Assembly (NCBI GenBank): GCA_013239625.1
Contig: MU053158.1
Span: 1 to 64,000 of the forward strand
DNA from: Lama guanicoe
Lineage: Eukaryota
Direction of reading: 5' to 3'
Length of the DNA: 64,000 nucleotides
Shown here: positions 11,920 through 24,599 of the stretch, piece after piece
Position numbering within the stretch: the stretch's first letter is position 1
How the letters are laid out: the number at the start of each line of letters is the position of its first letter
Translations under genes and position numbers: made by a program
The notes under the pieces: generated by a model
Database searches by the model: none
Seen by the model: only the letters and a program-made list of their open reading frames with translations
Told to the model about the DNA's origin: nothing

Positions 11920-14179
11920 TAGGATGTCAACATGATTGCAAAGTAAGAGATAGACTTTGTCCCCCCACAAATGACAATAATTAGACAGCTACCTATAAAC
12001 AAAAATAGCCCTGGGAGGGCTCAAGGGTCCAACTGAGAACCTACAGCAAAACCATGGAGTAGAAAATGAAGAGTATCCACACGGAAAGGATCAGCAGAGA
12101 AATCAGCTCAGTGGAAGTGTCTGGAGATGGCTTGGAACAATATCAGCCACGTGGTGGCGCCATCCGGGTCCCCAGCGGCCTCCTGTGTGGAGGACCCAGA
12201 AGCCTTTGCCGCTGGGAGCCTCTGCAGTTCCCACAGCCCGTGCGGACGCCCCATGACTTCCACAGCAGCGGGCTCCACTCTCTTTGTCAGCACTGGCCCT
12301 GGAGACCTGCTCTGTAGGAGACACTGCATGCTGGCAGCCTTTGCACCTGGTGTAGCCAACAGCCATGGCCGCCGTAGCCTCACCAGAGAGGGGCTGCTGC
12401 TGGCCTGCCCCCAGAAGGAGCTGCTGTTGTGTTGACTGAAGGCCAGGACTATGGCGCCCTCTCCCCCTACACAGGCCCAAGGCCCCAGACCAGCAGCTGC
12501 TCCACGGAGGGCCGCACTTCAGAGCCCAGCTCCACGTGTTCCTGTGCTCCAGGTTTTAGCCCTGAGGCCGTTCTGCACACATCCACACTCTAAACCCAGT
12601 GCCCCAGCTGCTCCATGCACACCCCAAGCGCCAGGAGCAACAGCACTGCGGTGGAGCCAGCATCCTGGACCCCAGGGCTCCTGCTGCCCCATGCAGGCCT
12701 GTGCTCTGGACCCTGGGCCCGTGGCAGCTCGGTGTGAGCCTGTCTCACACCTCGGTGCTGCTTTGGGCCAGCTGGTGCCCCAGACCCCTGAGCCACTGTC
12801 ATTCTTAACACCTGGGCTTCAAAACCTAGTTTCATGGCTGTTCCACAGGGGTATGCAGATCCAATACCAGTGCCACCACCACCACCACAAGGGTGCCCAC
12901 AGGCTGGGTCTGGCACCAGGAGGGAACTCCTTGACCACATCCTTCATGGGAGAAAAAGAAATCAGGTGGTCCCCAACAACCCCCACCACTGCTACAAATA
13001 TCCTCAGGCTTGGTCACTGAGGGTCCCTGAAACCTTCACCAACACTGACCTCAGCTGATAAAGCTAAACAAGGCTGCTGTTGGGCTTTCACAGGAGCTGG
13101 AACTAGCACACTGCCTGCCCACCCCCTGCCCCCACCAGCCAGCACCCTTACCTTCACCCACAGGAGAATTCTTTCTCCCTGAAAACTTGTCCATAAAGTC
13201 TAGAAGAGGTGACTCTTCCGGCAAATGCACAGACATCAACCCAAGTCTACCGCATGACACCACCAAAGGAACTCAGTAATTTTCCAGTGGCCAACTCCAA
13301 GGAAATGGAGATTGAGACATTGCTGAACAGAGCTTGCAAAGTAATTGTTTTGAGGAGGCTCAGCGATCTAAAAAGAAACACAGACAACTCAACAAAATCA
13401 GGAAAAAAATGAACAAAATAAGTTTAAAAGAACGATTTTTCTTATTAAAAAAAGAACCAAACAGTAATTCTGGAGCTGAATACAATGAATAAAATAAAAA
13501 CACAATAGAGAGCATCAAAAGCAGACGTGATTAAGCAGAAGAAGGAATCTGAGAACTCAGACAGCTTATGTGGAATCACACAGTCAGCAGAGAAAAATAA
13601 ACAATGAAAAAGAGTGAAGACAGCCTATGGGAATTATGAGACATCATCAGATGAAACAATAGTCATACTTTACAAGTCCCAGAAGAAGAGAGAGGCAAAG
13701 GGTAGAAAACTTACTTAAAGAAATGTGGCTAAAATCTCCCAATTCTGGGAGAGATATGGACATTCATAGGTCCAATGCAGATTCAACCCAAAGAAGACTT
13801 CACTGAGACACATTATAATAAAACTGCCAAAAATCAAAGACAAAAATCATTTAGAAAGCAGTAAGGGAAACAAAAACATAAAAAGAAACACCCATAAGGC
13901 TATTGGCATATATCTCAGCAGCAACATTGCAGGCCAGGAGAGAGTGTGATGATACATTCGAAGAGCTGAAAGAAAAAACCCTGCCAATCAAAAATACTTT
14001 ACTCAGCAATGCTATCCTTCAGAAATGAAGGAGAATAAAGACTTTTCCAGACAAACAAAAGCAGAGGGAGTTCATTATCACCAGATCTGCTTCACAAAAC
14101 AATGCTAAAGGAAGTTCTTCACACTGAAATGAAAGGACACTAATTCAACCATATGAAAACATGAAAGTAGAAAATTCAC
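11920..14179 (+). mobile_element. Old L1 5' portion: GC-rich 5'UTR (~11920-13250), decayed ORF1 (~13254-14143), start of inter-ORF spacer
   Basis: ORF1 N-terminus MTPPKELSNFPVANSKEMEI..VIVLRRLSDL; ORF1 C-terminal motifs (cagacaaacaaaagcagagggagttcattatcaccaga, ctgaaatgaaaggacactaa); many frameshifts and stops. Confidence 0.9.
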
Positions 14180-14427
14180 CTTGAGTTCCTTGTGTATCAA
14201 ATAGCTATTGAAAGTAATTTTTATGATTTTAATATAAGTGAATCTGAACTAGCATATGGACTAAGTTTCTTTCAGCTTAGAAGACTGGGCTTTAAATGTA
14301 GAGGAAAATGATCACTTGGAAAATATGTTTTTGTTTTGAAAAACTTCCAAATGTTTAAGAAGTAATTTTCGAATTAACCATATCCATATGCATGTAGGTT
14401 TTCTCATCCTCATCCTTGAAAGATGGT

Positions 14428-15500
14428 AACTAGAAGAAATGAATAAATTTCTGGAAACCTACACCCTACCAACGCTGAATAATGAAAAGATAGAAAATAT
14501 GAATAGACCTGTAACAAGTAAAGTGATTGAATCAGTGATTAAAAAAAAAAATCTACCAACAACCAAGAGCACAGAACCACATGGCTACATTGGTGAACTC
14601 TGCCAAATATTTACAGAGAAATTAATGCCAATAGTTCTCAAATTTCCAAAAGATTTAAATAGAAGGAGTACTTCCAATTTCATTTTATGAAGTCAAGATT
14701 ACCTCAATACCAAAGCCAGACAAGGTTATAACTAGAAAAGAAAATAACAGCCCCAAATCCCTGATAAACATGGGTACAAAAATTTTCAACAAAATATTCA
14801 ATGGCACATTAAAAGGATTGTATACCACGATCAAGTCAGATTTATCCCTGGTATGCAAGGGTGATTCAACATACTGAAATCAATCAGTGTTATGCACCAC
14901 ATTAACAAAATGAAGGACAAAATTTATATGATCATCTCAATAGATACAGAAAAAGCATATGACAAAATTCAACTTCATTTCGTGATTGAAAAAAAAGAGC
15001 TCTCGGCAAACTGGGTATAGAAGGAGCACATCTCAGCAGAGCAAGGCCTGTATGTCAAGCCCACAGCTAGCATCATACTCAGTGATAACGAGCTACAAGC
15101 TCTTCTTCTAACGTCAAGAACACTGCTAGGACACCCACTCTTGCCACTTCTGTTCAATGTAGGACTGGAGTCCTAGCCAAAGCAATTAGATGGGAAAAGA
15201 AAAAAGTTATCTAAATCAGAAAGGAGGGAGTAAAATTGTCTCTGTTTACAAGGTGACATGGTTGTATGTATAGAAATTTCTAAAGATCACACCAAAAAAA
15301 ATGCTAGAATTAATAAATGAATTCTGTAAATTGCAAGATACGAAATTAGCAAACAGTTTCATTTCTACCTGCTAACAATGAGAAATTAGAAAAGGAACCC
15401 CATTTATAATAGCCTCAAAAGCAGTAAGATACTTAGAAGTAAACTTAATCAAGAAGGTGAAAAACTGTATATTGAAAACTGTAAGACATTGATGAAAGAA
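14428..15500 (+). mobile_element. L1 ORF2 fragment (Z region and RT), 3'-truncated
   Basis: [54 protein letters not shown]; degenerate GCPLSPLLFN and LFADDM motifs; stops at KTLMKE. Confidence 0.92.
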
Positions 15501-18309
15501 TGTCGATTCTACCCCAAATTTTAAAAAAATCTCTCTTTGCCCATTTAGTTGGAAAAAAAGGATGTAGAACCTAGAATTGATATTTATAAGTCTCCTCAGA
15601 TTAAGATCTTATTTCAGTCTTCAAACATTATCAGTATTTTAATCCTACAAAAGGTCATTTCCGTCTCACATGACCAATTCAGGTCATTAGAACACCTTAC
15701 TCACATGCAAAACTCCAGGCTGAAAGAAGCTTTCAAGCAACTTGGGAACTTGAGCTCTGGTTCGTCACACTTCACACATCACTGTTGCTCACATTTGGAA
15801 GCAAGTCCCATGATCAAAACTAATGTCAAAAAAAAAGAAAGTACAGTACAACCATGTGTCAGAAAGTGGGAAAGCTCAAAATGTTTGGTGACTACAAAAT
15901 GGTAACCCAGATTTCTTGATTCCTGATTTAAGGATATAATCTGGATCAAAATTTTCAAATATGAGGCTATGAAGTTCAATTAATTATATAAGAAGTTTCA
16001 AATTTCTTGTTCATAATTTTGCATAGTCATCTTTATCAAAGACACAGGATGACAAAACTATCCAGTGTTTTCTAAACATTGTATAATTGTACACTACTTT
16101 TTAACAAATTTTACTATTTTCATCTGACAGAGTAAAATAGTGCGAAGTATTAACTAGTACAAAGTAATACAATTCTATTATAAGCCCAGTATTCATGGAT
16201 TTCAGAAGTCATGGGGTGATCAGTTGATTCAGATTGGTTAATGGGGATGGTTGCCTCCAAACTGGAAATAGAGAAACAGAGATTGAGAGATAGAGAGGGC
16301 TGGGGGGAGGGAAGTGGACTTCTACTGAGGGCAAAATCTTAAGGAAATATAAAATTCTGTTCACTCAAAGGTGAAATTTTGTTAAAAGAGATGTCATGAA
16401 ATGATACGACAGAAGAGGTGCTGCCCAGCCACATGGGAAGCAGGTGTCTCTCGGAACAGGGGACTCCCGTTGAATTTTGCACCCTGTGTGAGCATCTGGC
16501 CTATTTCTGCCTTGGCTGCCTTGTCACTTGTTAAAATAGCTTCTGCTTCTGACTCTTGGACTCTTTGTGAGTCTCCGGGGATTGCAGAAGGGAAGGAGGA
16601 AAGAAGATGGAGAAGAAACAAAAGAAAAGAAGGAGACAGGATGGGAGGCAATAAGCAATGACCTCTGATCAGCCTGACTTTGCATCGATTTTGACAATTT
16701 TCTTATTAGGAAAACTGAGTGAGACCTTTGTTGGGTCTGGAGGATGGAAATGACTAGGTCCCTTGCTGGTGCTGAAGCTGCTTTTCACACAGCCCCATCA
16801 GACTAGCTGATATCACAGTAAACGCTGCCTCAAAGGAGCAGAGCAGTAAGGAGTTGTAACTGACCAAGTGAAAAATTAAGGGCTTTATTTAATTAAGTTC
16901 TGAGCAGATAGATAAATAAATAATTCAACCTTAGACTGTAAGTCACAATATAAGCAAATTTGCAATCAGCACTCTACATCTGTTCCTGACTCTTAAAACA
17001 GTGAAGACTTCAAGTTTACTGCAGATTAGATGATGGACTTGTTGGAAATTAAACAAAGCAAGTCATTGTAAGAAAACAGAGAGCAATTCTTGCCCAGTAT
17101 CTTCTTTCTTTCTTTCTTCATATGTTTAAATCAACTCAAGTAGCGTTTATTAGTGCCATCAGCATTATTATTACTTTGTTAAATGTCCCTAATAATAAAA
17201 TAAAAACTTCTAAGTGTAATTACTATACACTGAAGGACAGCTAGAAATAAAATTTTGTATGTATATATATGTTCAGATATCCAAATGTATGTGAAATGTC
17301 TGTATTGTTAATCACATACATTTATCCATACTCATCTATGTATAGATAGTTCTTGGAAAAGTCATACACATATATAAATTTTATAAACTTGAATTTTTTT
17401 AAATTTCAATTTGCTACCAGTAATATGGAAGACAATTTCCCTAAACTGGTTTTTCAAGTTCAGGACAGAACCATCTTTGGTAACATATTGCAGTGAATGT
17501 CCTGTTCCTGGAATATATGGGTCCTACTATTTCTGACATCACATCATATTTTAAGAGACAGCAGCTGCTAAATAAAATTATCACACAATATCTTGCAAAA
17601 GAATTACCAAGGCAATTCTTTCTCACTACCACTCATATCCCCTTTAAATTGCCTTTCATATGGCTATATTTTCTCTCTGAAGCAGTCTTACTTCTACTCT
17701 AAGCAATTAAAATATATTTGGAAAATGCAATATATAATTTCCCTGGCTTCCATCCTCTCCATTGATAATAAACTTAAAATTAGACATAGTGACTGTGGAA
17801 GACATTTTTAATATTTCTAGATTTATGCAAATGGAAAAATCTCAAAAAGGCATTTAAATTTTAACAAGTCCATATTTATATATGCAACAAATATCTTTTT
17901 TAAAGAATATAATAATATTAAATTAAGATTGTTCTAGACCGCTCAAAGTATACAGGAGTCAGATCTATGGCTGCTTAGATGTTCCAGTCTCAAGGATGGC
18001 TGTGAACAAGGTCATAATGACTGCATATCCACACAAAGAAAGTTTACCGCCCTAGGTTTAAATGTGAGCTGTTCTCTTTCACACACTCAACTTCCTTTAG
18101 CTTTGAAAAATGCACATGCATATATTTGGGTGCATATCCATATGTCCTCAGGCCCTTGAGATGCTATTCTCGGAACTGAAGCTAATTTTTCATAGCTGCA
18201 GTTCTTCGAGTAAGTGGGAAAATCATCCTGACAGAAAATCCCTTAGCCTATGACTATCAGCAATTATATCTATGGTGACATGACCCAAGAAGTAACAGTT
18301 CAGGAGACT

Positions 18310-18525
18310 GAAGACTGAGTGGCCTTGAATCCTGCTTCCAGCAGCTAATAATCACACTTTGATATCTGGCACAGATTTTCCTTCTGACCTACGCCAAATA
18401 GGCTAATTGTTTTCTGCCTCAGTTTCCTTATTTGTGAAATGTAGTATGAAAATAAATCTGGTCCCCAGGGAAGAGCTGTTGTTGGGTTTACATGATGAAG
18501 TGTGATGTACATGCTGAGTGAACCC
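18310..18525 (+). mobile_element. MIR SINE
   Basis: tctgcctcagtttccttatttgtgaaatg core. Confidence 0.7.
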
Positions 18526-18799
18526 TCATTATGCACATGATGGCCTGATTACACTCATGTTGTGTAAAAATTAGCCAGTTTACAGATATGCGCAGGTATC
18601 ACGCCTCGCCTATAAAAGTGAAGGTCAGAAACAATTTTTCACTTGTTATTTTTGAGACTGATTAAGTGCTAAAATTATGTAAAGTACAGCTCTTAATTTT
18701 CTGCATTTTCCTGGGCATGCTATTCGTAGATAATAGCATAAGATATTAGTTTAACTTTATCATTAAATTGGGCTAAATTCACCCATTTCTTCATTTTTA

Positions 18800-18881
18800 T
18801 GATTTATTGCAGTGCCTGTCACATGAATGTATTGATTTTTGTGCCAACTTCTGTTCATGTCACAATTTTTGTCATGCAAAT
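18800..18881 (+). promoter_or_regulatory. Candidate enhancer motif cluster (PBX-HOX, MEIS, SOX-OCT)
   Basis: TGATTTAT 18800-18807; CTGTCA 18816-18821; TTTTGTCATGCAAAT 18867-18881. Motif-level evidence only. Confidence 0.4.
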
Positions 18882-20833
18882 TAGCTTCTCTAAATGCAGT
18901 ACCCTTGGTATACTTTACAAAATATATTGGCATAACATTACGATTTGACCTTTGCATCTTGAGGAACCAGGCCATTTCAGGACTGAAAACCATATTTTGC
19001 AGTTCATTTTATTCCATTCATTTTCAGCTTTTACTAAGCTCTCCAGAAGGTGAGATGTGCATTTGGCATAAAACCTTTTTTGAAAGTTATGATTGAAACC
19101 AGGTAGTTCAAATACAGATTTTATTTTTTTTGAAGCATAGCTAAGTCACTTTTTAGAGCAGGGGTTAAACTAAGAACATTTATTCAGAAGAAAGAATGAG
19201 CAAAAAGATGCAAATTGTATTATGAGTTGAGTGAAAATTTAGGAAGACACTTGGAAAGTAAAAATAAATATTCGTTACCAGTTCAGAGAGGCATTCACAT
19301 GATTTTAATTTTTTTCGGAGATTTAACATTCACAGTCTGTGGAACAATGTGAAAGACTGAGTGTGCATTTCTGAAGTTCAATAAACTATATGCTGGTTGC
19401 CCTGAAATTAATAACCAGCTTAGAAGTTCTTGCCAATAACCTAGTCCAAGAAGTAAATTTCTCAACTACCTGGCCTTTCATTCATTCAAAAATATTTATT
19501 GAGTACCTTTTATTTGCTAGGCTCTGCTTATTAGTGGTTGTATTTTAGCTAATTATTAGTTTATATCTTTGGGATCTTTTTACTTTGAGACACAGGAAAT
19601 ATTTGTTGTCGTTTTATATTTTAAGTATAATAATGAAATATTTCTGATATTTATAGACAGTAATCTTCCAATTGCATCTTAGTACAGCTTTGATGTAGAA
19701 GATAATGGATAAAAAGAGTAATATATGGATAATATGCAATGAATATTTTATAATTAATATAAGGCTGCTGATTTTACTTTTCCATCATTTTCTGGAAATT
19801 TTATTGCCCTTTCTCTAAAATCAAACTTAATTATGCTCAAGAAAACACATTTGAGACAAAGACCATTAGATCATCAAAATCAGAAAAGTGTTTCGGAAAG
19901 AAAAATTCCATAAACATTTAAAATGTATATATTTGAGTAGAAATGAAAATTATAAGCATTATTAAAATAAGAATGGTATATTTATATATACTATAAATTG
20001 CTGTATCAGGTATGACAACCAATTTCACTTTATCTATTTAATATATTTATTTATAAAGTTCCTTTTAAAAAGTTGTTTCAAGTAGCTTGCAATCTCTGAT
20101 TGAATCCTATCAAGATAGCTTACCAAGGAAGTTTTAAATCCATAAATCTTTTCTTTCTCAGTTTATTTCTGATGTCATTTTAGCTAATAAGCAGACAGCC
20201 TACTCAAGGAACAGAGTCCGAGGAACAAGGTGCAAGATATGAATGGTCCATTGGAGCCTGTATTTTATAGCTGCCTTAAAGCCCAATGATATTGAGAAAG
20301 TGATGCAGGCAAATCATCGCTGCAGTCTTCAGAGTTCTCTGAATAAAGCAGAACCTAAGAACTTGACGTATTTAATGAAAAAGAAAGGGAGAGAAAGTGG
20401 ATAATAGTTGCGCTGGCCTTCAGAATCATATAAACACCTTTTTTTTATTCTCCTTTACCTGAAGTCATCATCAGCCAACTTTGGTCCATAAAGTAAAATT
20501 AAAAATTTGAGCTTTTGAGGAATTTTCATAGAGTTAACTCCTGATCTGTGTGTTCAGTCCTCTTACAACTCAACGCAAGTAGCCATGAGCTCTAGCAATT
20601 ATACTGATAGAATGCATCCTAGAAAATTCAAATTTGTCATTAATTTAAAACTCAGTGATAACTACCAATAAATAAAATCTTAGTCAAAGAATAATTCATA
20701 CTTGGGTCATTTTTAAACTGAAGAAATAAAGTACTATAAGCATTCACTTTAGTGTCAGTTAAGAATTAGATACTGAGTTCAGTCATTAGTAATGGAAATG
20801 AGTATTAACAATAGCTTTGGTGTATAAGGTAGG

Positions 20834-20897
20834 TCTCTCTGTCTCTCTCTTTCCTCTCTTTCACACACACACACACACACACATACACAGACACACA
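20834..20897 (+). repeat. Compound (CT)n/(CA)n microsatellite
   Basis: Read directly. Confidence 0.9.
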
Positions 20898-20919
20898 AAG
20901 AAGTGAAGAGTTAAGCAAG

Positions 20920-21820
20920 CTAGGATTGCATTGGTAGATCTATAAAGACAACTAAGTTAGCCCTAGATTCCACTCCCGGAATCACAAGATGGCTGCTAGT
21001 GCACCAGCCATCTGGGCCAGAAAGAGTTAATTCAGCAGGCCTGAGTTGCTCAGACCTTGCACATTCCCAGTAGTGGGCTGTCTTTTGACTGAATTGTCCC
21101 TTGACGACTCTTAGGAATTGAAGTCTTTGAATGTTCTAACTGGTGGGAATGTTTTGTAGGCTTGGAGCCTATAACTATACCAGTTTTTATAGATAAGTTG
21201 TGCAAACAAGTATAATTTATGGTGAACACCTGCTTTCCTTTGGGTATCTAGGGGGACTTTGGTAAGTCCTGCAAGCACTGTATGCTTTTTGTGACTGAAA
21301 AACCCCATGAAAAACCTGCACACCTAGGTTCAGGCACAGGTAAGCTTCCCTGGTAGAAAATACATTGCTCATGTTTTCACATATTGTTGCTAGAGAAATT
21401 AAGCACATCCTGTTCAACTCTACTGGGAGCAGAATCTTGCAAGCTTGAGACTGGTTTTCTCCAGATTTCGCCCCATGCACCTTTTCCCATTGTGATTTTA
21501 TGTTATATAATTTTGCAGCAATAAACTATAACCATGAAAAGAAGAACTTCTAGGTTCTGTAAATCCCTTGAGCCAGTCAACAAATCTGAAGGTGATTTGG
21601 GGACTCCTGATACACTATCATATTCTCTTTTGAGGCTTCAGAAAGGAAGATGCACAGAGGAAGGGAAAAAACTTATCCTGAATTGTCACACAACATCTGT
21701 TTAAATCTCAGTTTGCTCCCTTATATTTATCTTTATCTGGGCACAATGCCCAGGGTTCTGTTGGCAAGGAAAAGAGAATGAATATTGGGCAGGCAACCAG
21801 CTGAGTTTGTGCCCACCCAA
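20920..21820 (-). mobile_element. MaLR LTR (MLT1J/K-like), split by the LTR at 21013-21614
   Basis: cacaagatggctgctagtgcaccagccatc on the left; gggttctgttggcaaggaaaagagaatgaatattgggcaggcaacc on the right. Confidence 0.65.
21013..21614 (+). mobile_element. ERVL solo LTR (MER77/MER68/MER21 group)
   Basis: Starts TG..cagaaagagttaattcagcaggcctgag; contains agcttccctggtag, AATAAA and a ...ggggactcctgataCA end; 5-bp TSD ccatc/ctatc (4 of 5 match). Confidence 0.85.
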
Positions 21821-22420
21821 ACATCAGCATGCACCTTTTGTCCCCATATATAGAAGAAACACAATCTTCCCTCACAGGAAACAACCCCTATATCTCTCTG
21901 AGAGTTTCTGCAAAGAGCTCGAGCCCCAGGATCTTTGAGTTACATGAAGATCTGTGCACATCACATTTCCGTGTGGCTCCTGTGCCTTGTAGATTAAAAT
22001 GCTATAAGAGGAAAATGAACAATGCATAGAATTCAAATGCCACCTAATAGGAAGAGACTCCAGGCCTGGCTCTGGCAGTGGAATTTGTTCCATGATTAGC
22101 CAATCAGACAGGCCCTGATGCATTTCTTAGATAAGCTATTCCTTATTTATTTTCCTCTGAGGCCTTGGCTTTGGCCCCTGGAGGAATCTGCCTTGCCCAG
22201 TATCTCCTGGCCACATCTGAGGTGAGCACAGAATCTTCTTGGGGCTGGTACAGCATGTGCACATCACCTCCTACCATTGTGATTTTAAAGGCCCAGAGAT
22301 TTCTTTGTAAACCAAACTGTCATACTTCATTGAGACGAAGGTTTGGGATTTCTTTGGCAATACAATTGCCTAAAACTTAGCACATTTCTGGTCAATTTGT
22401 TTCCAGTTGTCATGGTGAGT
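21821..22420 (-). mobile_element. MaLR internal sequence (MLT1-int-like)
   Basis: Abuts the MLT1 LTR; motifs such as ggccacatctgaggtg and ttctttggcaatacaatt recalled from MLT1J-int. Confidence 0.5.
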
Positions 22421-22489
22421 GCCATATGGATGGGTTATTTTTGTCACTGTTGTTGCCTTTCATTTATTATTTAAGAAAGTCAAAATATT

Positions 22490-23110
22490 GTTTATCCCCG
22501 CTCTTCAGGAGCTTAGGGTCTAATCGATGAGATAATATAAGAAAAAAAATGAAGCAGGAAAAAAAGGACAAGCATTTACTTACCTTTTATAAATTAAAAG
22601 TAATTTATCTTTTTAAATTTTTTAAAAAGTGAAATAGACAATAGATGCTACAGTACAATTCGATGAATATGAGGATTCCCTGCTGGAGCAATCCTGAAAG
22701 GCTTCCTGGAGGAGATGAAGGGCAGACATTTAAAATTGCTGGAGGGAAAGGGGAAAGTCCTACTAAAGAGAGAATGACACTAGTTTGGGATTGTATACAT
22801 AATGAAAGCAGAATGTTTCCCTAAAGAAAAAGAAAGCATGATGAGATATGGAGTTATCGATTAGTCTCAAAGATATCCATGTTTAGAGAATAAATATGAA
22901 ATGGATAAAGCATAAGGGGTACACTATTTTAGGAGGAGATTTGGCTGCACTTGAGTTGCTGTTGTTCAAACGAGAGTAAGCGTCCTTGGGGGAGTCCTAG
23001 GACACTGGGGCAGAATAGCAGTGAGCTGGGTGAGTTGAGTAGACATTTAACATCACAGGAGGTAATGGAGGATAGAAGTGACCAGGTTGATATCTGGATG
23101 CTATAAGTAA
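22490..23110 (-). mobile_element. L2 fragments
   Basis: cttcaggagcttagggtcta; gaaaggcttcctggaggagatga; caggttgatatctggat. Confidence 0.55.
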
Positions 23111-24164
23111 GTTCAAATAGCATGTGACCCCAAATTTAAAGCCAGCCTACTTTTATCACCAGCATCAATTAACATTAAGTATCTGGAAAATTTTCGCTGG
23201 TATTTCCAGGGCTGTTGCAATGTATGCACATCTCAGCACTTCCTCACCCTTTCCTTTCTCTTCTTCTACCTCCTCTTCCTCTTTCTTCTAGACCTCGGCA
23301 TTCCTTTGCTCCATCCCCATGTTCCTAGGGACCTATTTGGGGCATTCCTTTCACCACAGTGTAGTTTTTTTACCTAAACATATTCTTATTTTTCTTTATT
23401 GGCATCTGTGTTTTGCTTATCTTCCTCTGGCTAGTATAAGTAGAAAGATTTATTCTTAAACTGGAAGAATCAACAAGTCTAATAACAATAGAAGTTAGGA
23501 AAAGCTAATAACAAACTCTCTTCTAATGAAAGCTCCAACACTTCTCATCATAGCACTAGGCACTTAGGATGCTAGGAACCATCTCCTAGGACTTCCACTA
23601 GAGCTGTACAAAAGGCATCAACCCCTTGAAACTTTGCCCGCCATGCTTTCAAAAAGAGTCAACATCCCTGAGTTACTTGCTTCATTGCTCTCTTCCTCCT
23701 TCTGAGTTCCCGTGGTATACCTGCTTAGAAGAACAAAAGCTGCCTGGAAATCCACCAGAAAAGTGATCTGAAAATATTAATTATTTTCCTGCCTAATTTA
23801 TTCATTTATTTTTACTTCACCAACTTTTTCACTGTAGGAAATTTCATTGGGGTGTAAGCCTTTCTGCAGCCAAATTGAGTCAACAGGCTTTGTTTGTTTG
23901 TTTGTTTACTTTAACATAACTGAAGAAAATATTACAGAACCAAGAAAACATACACTTGCTGTTTCTTTCTGCCAAAAGTTTCTTCAGCTCAGTCTAATTC
24001 CTTATATTTTCTCTGTCAACATCTCAACAGTCATAACATTATTTTTTCAATCTGGAAATACAAAATACAAAGGTATCTTTATGTTTCCCAGAATGTGTTA
24101 ATTTGTGTTTGGATTTCAAGTCTTTTATATCTATAATCTGTATATCTATCTATACCAGTATGCC

Positions 24165-24167
<3 letters not shown>

Positions 24168-24201
<34 letters not shown>
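24168..24201 (+). repeat. (TC)n microsatellite
   Basis: Read directly. Confidence 0.95.
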
Positions 24202-24203
<2 letters not shown>

Positions 24204-24599
24204 CCCCATCCACTGATGTAATATGAGAATATAAGAAACATGGTTATATTTATACTAGGGGCTCTCAAGCTTTTCCACTCCATGAACTCTCCTTTTACTC
24301 AACCAGAAAATAAAAAGAAGAAATAAAAGGAGAAGGCAAGAAGGGGAAAGAATAAGAAGAAGAGGGAGAGGAGCTCAAGAAGAATTAGAACGAGACCATG
24401 CAGGAAAAGGGACAGGAGAAGGAGATTAGTATTCGTGGTGGTAGTGATGGTGGTAATAGTGTTAACAACAGAAAGGTCTTCACTTCTCGCGTTGCTTCTG
24501 TCTCAGTCGATAAATTCATTTGTATTTGTATTAATCATTCCCTTCTACCGGCTTTCATTTGCAGGGATGGTACATCATCTCCAGTCTAACACTTGGCTT

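Noticed and set aside
12066..13266. Cluster of overlapping ORFs up to 189 aa that looks like a gene or CpG island
   Set aside because: It lies in the GC-rich L1 5'UTR; ORFs on both strands reflect stop-codon scarcity.
14439..14690. L1 ORF2-like ORF as an active reverse transcriptase
   Set aside because: Frameshifted, endonuclease region missing, catalytic motif degenerate, 3'-truncated.
18605..18620. TATA-like CTATAAAAG
   Set aside because: No CpG island, first exon or other promoter support; common by chance.
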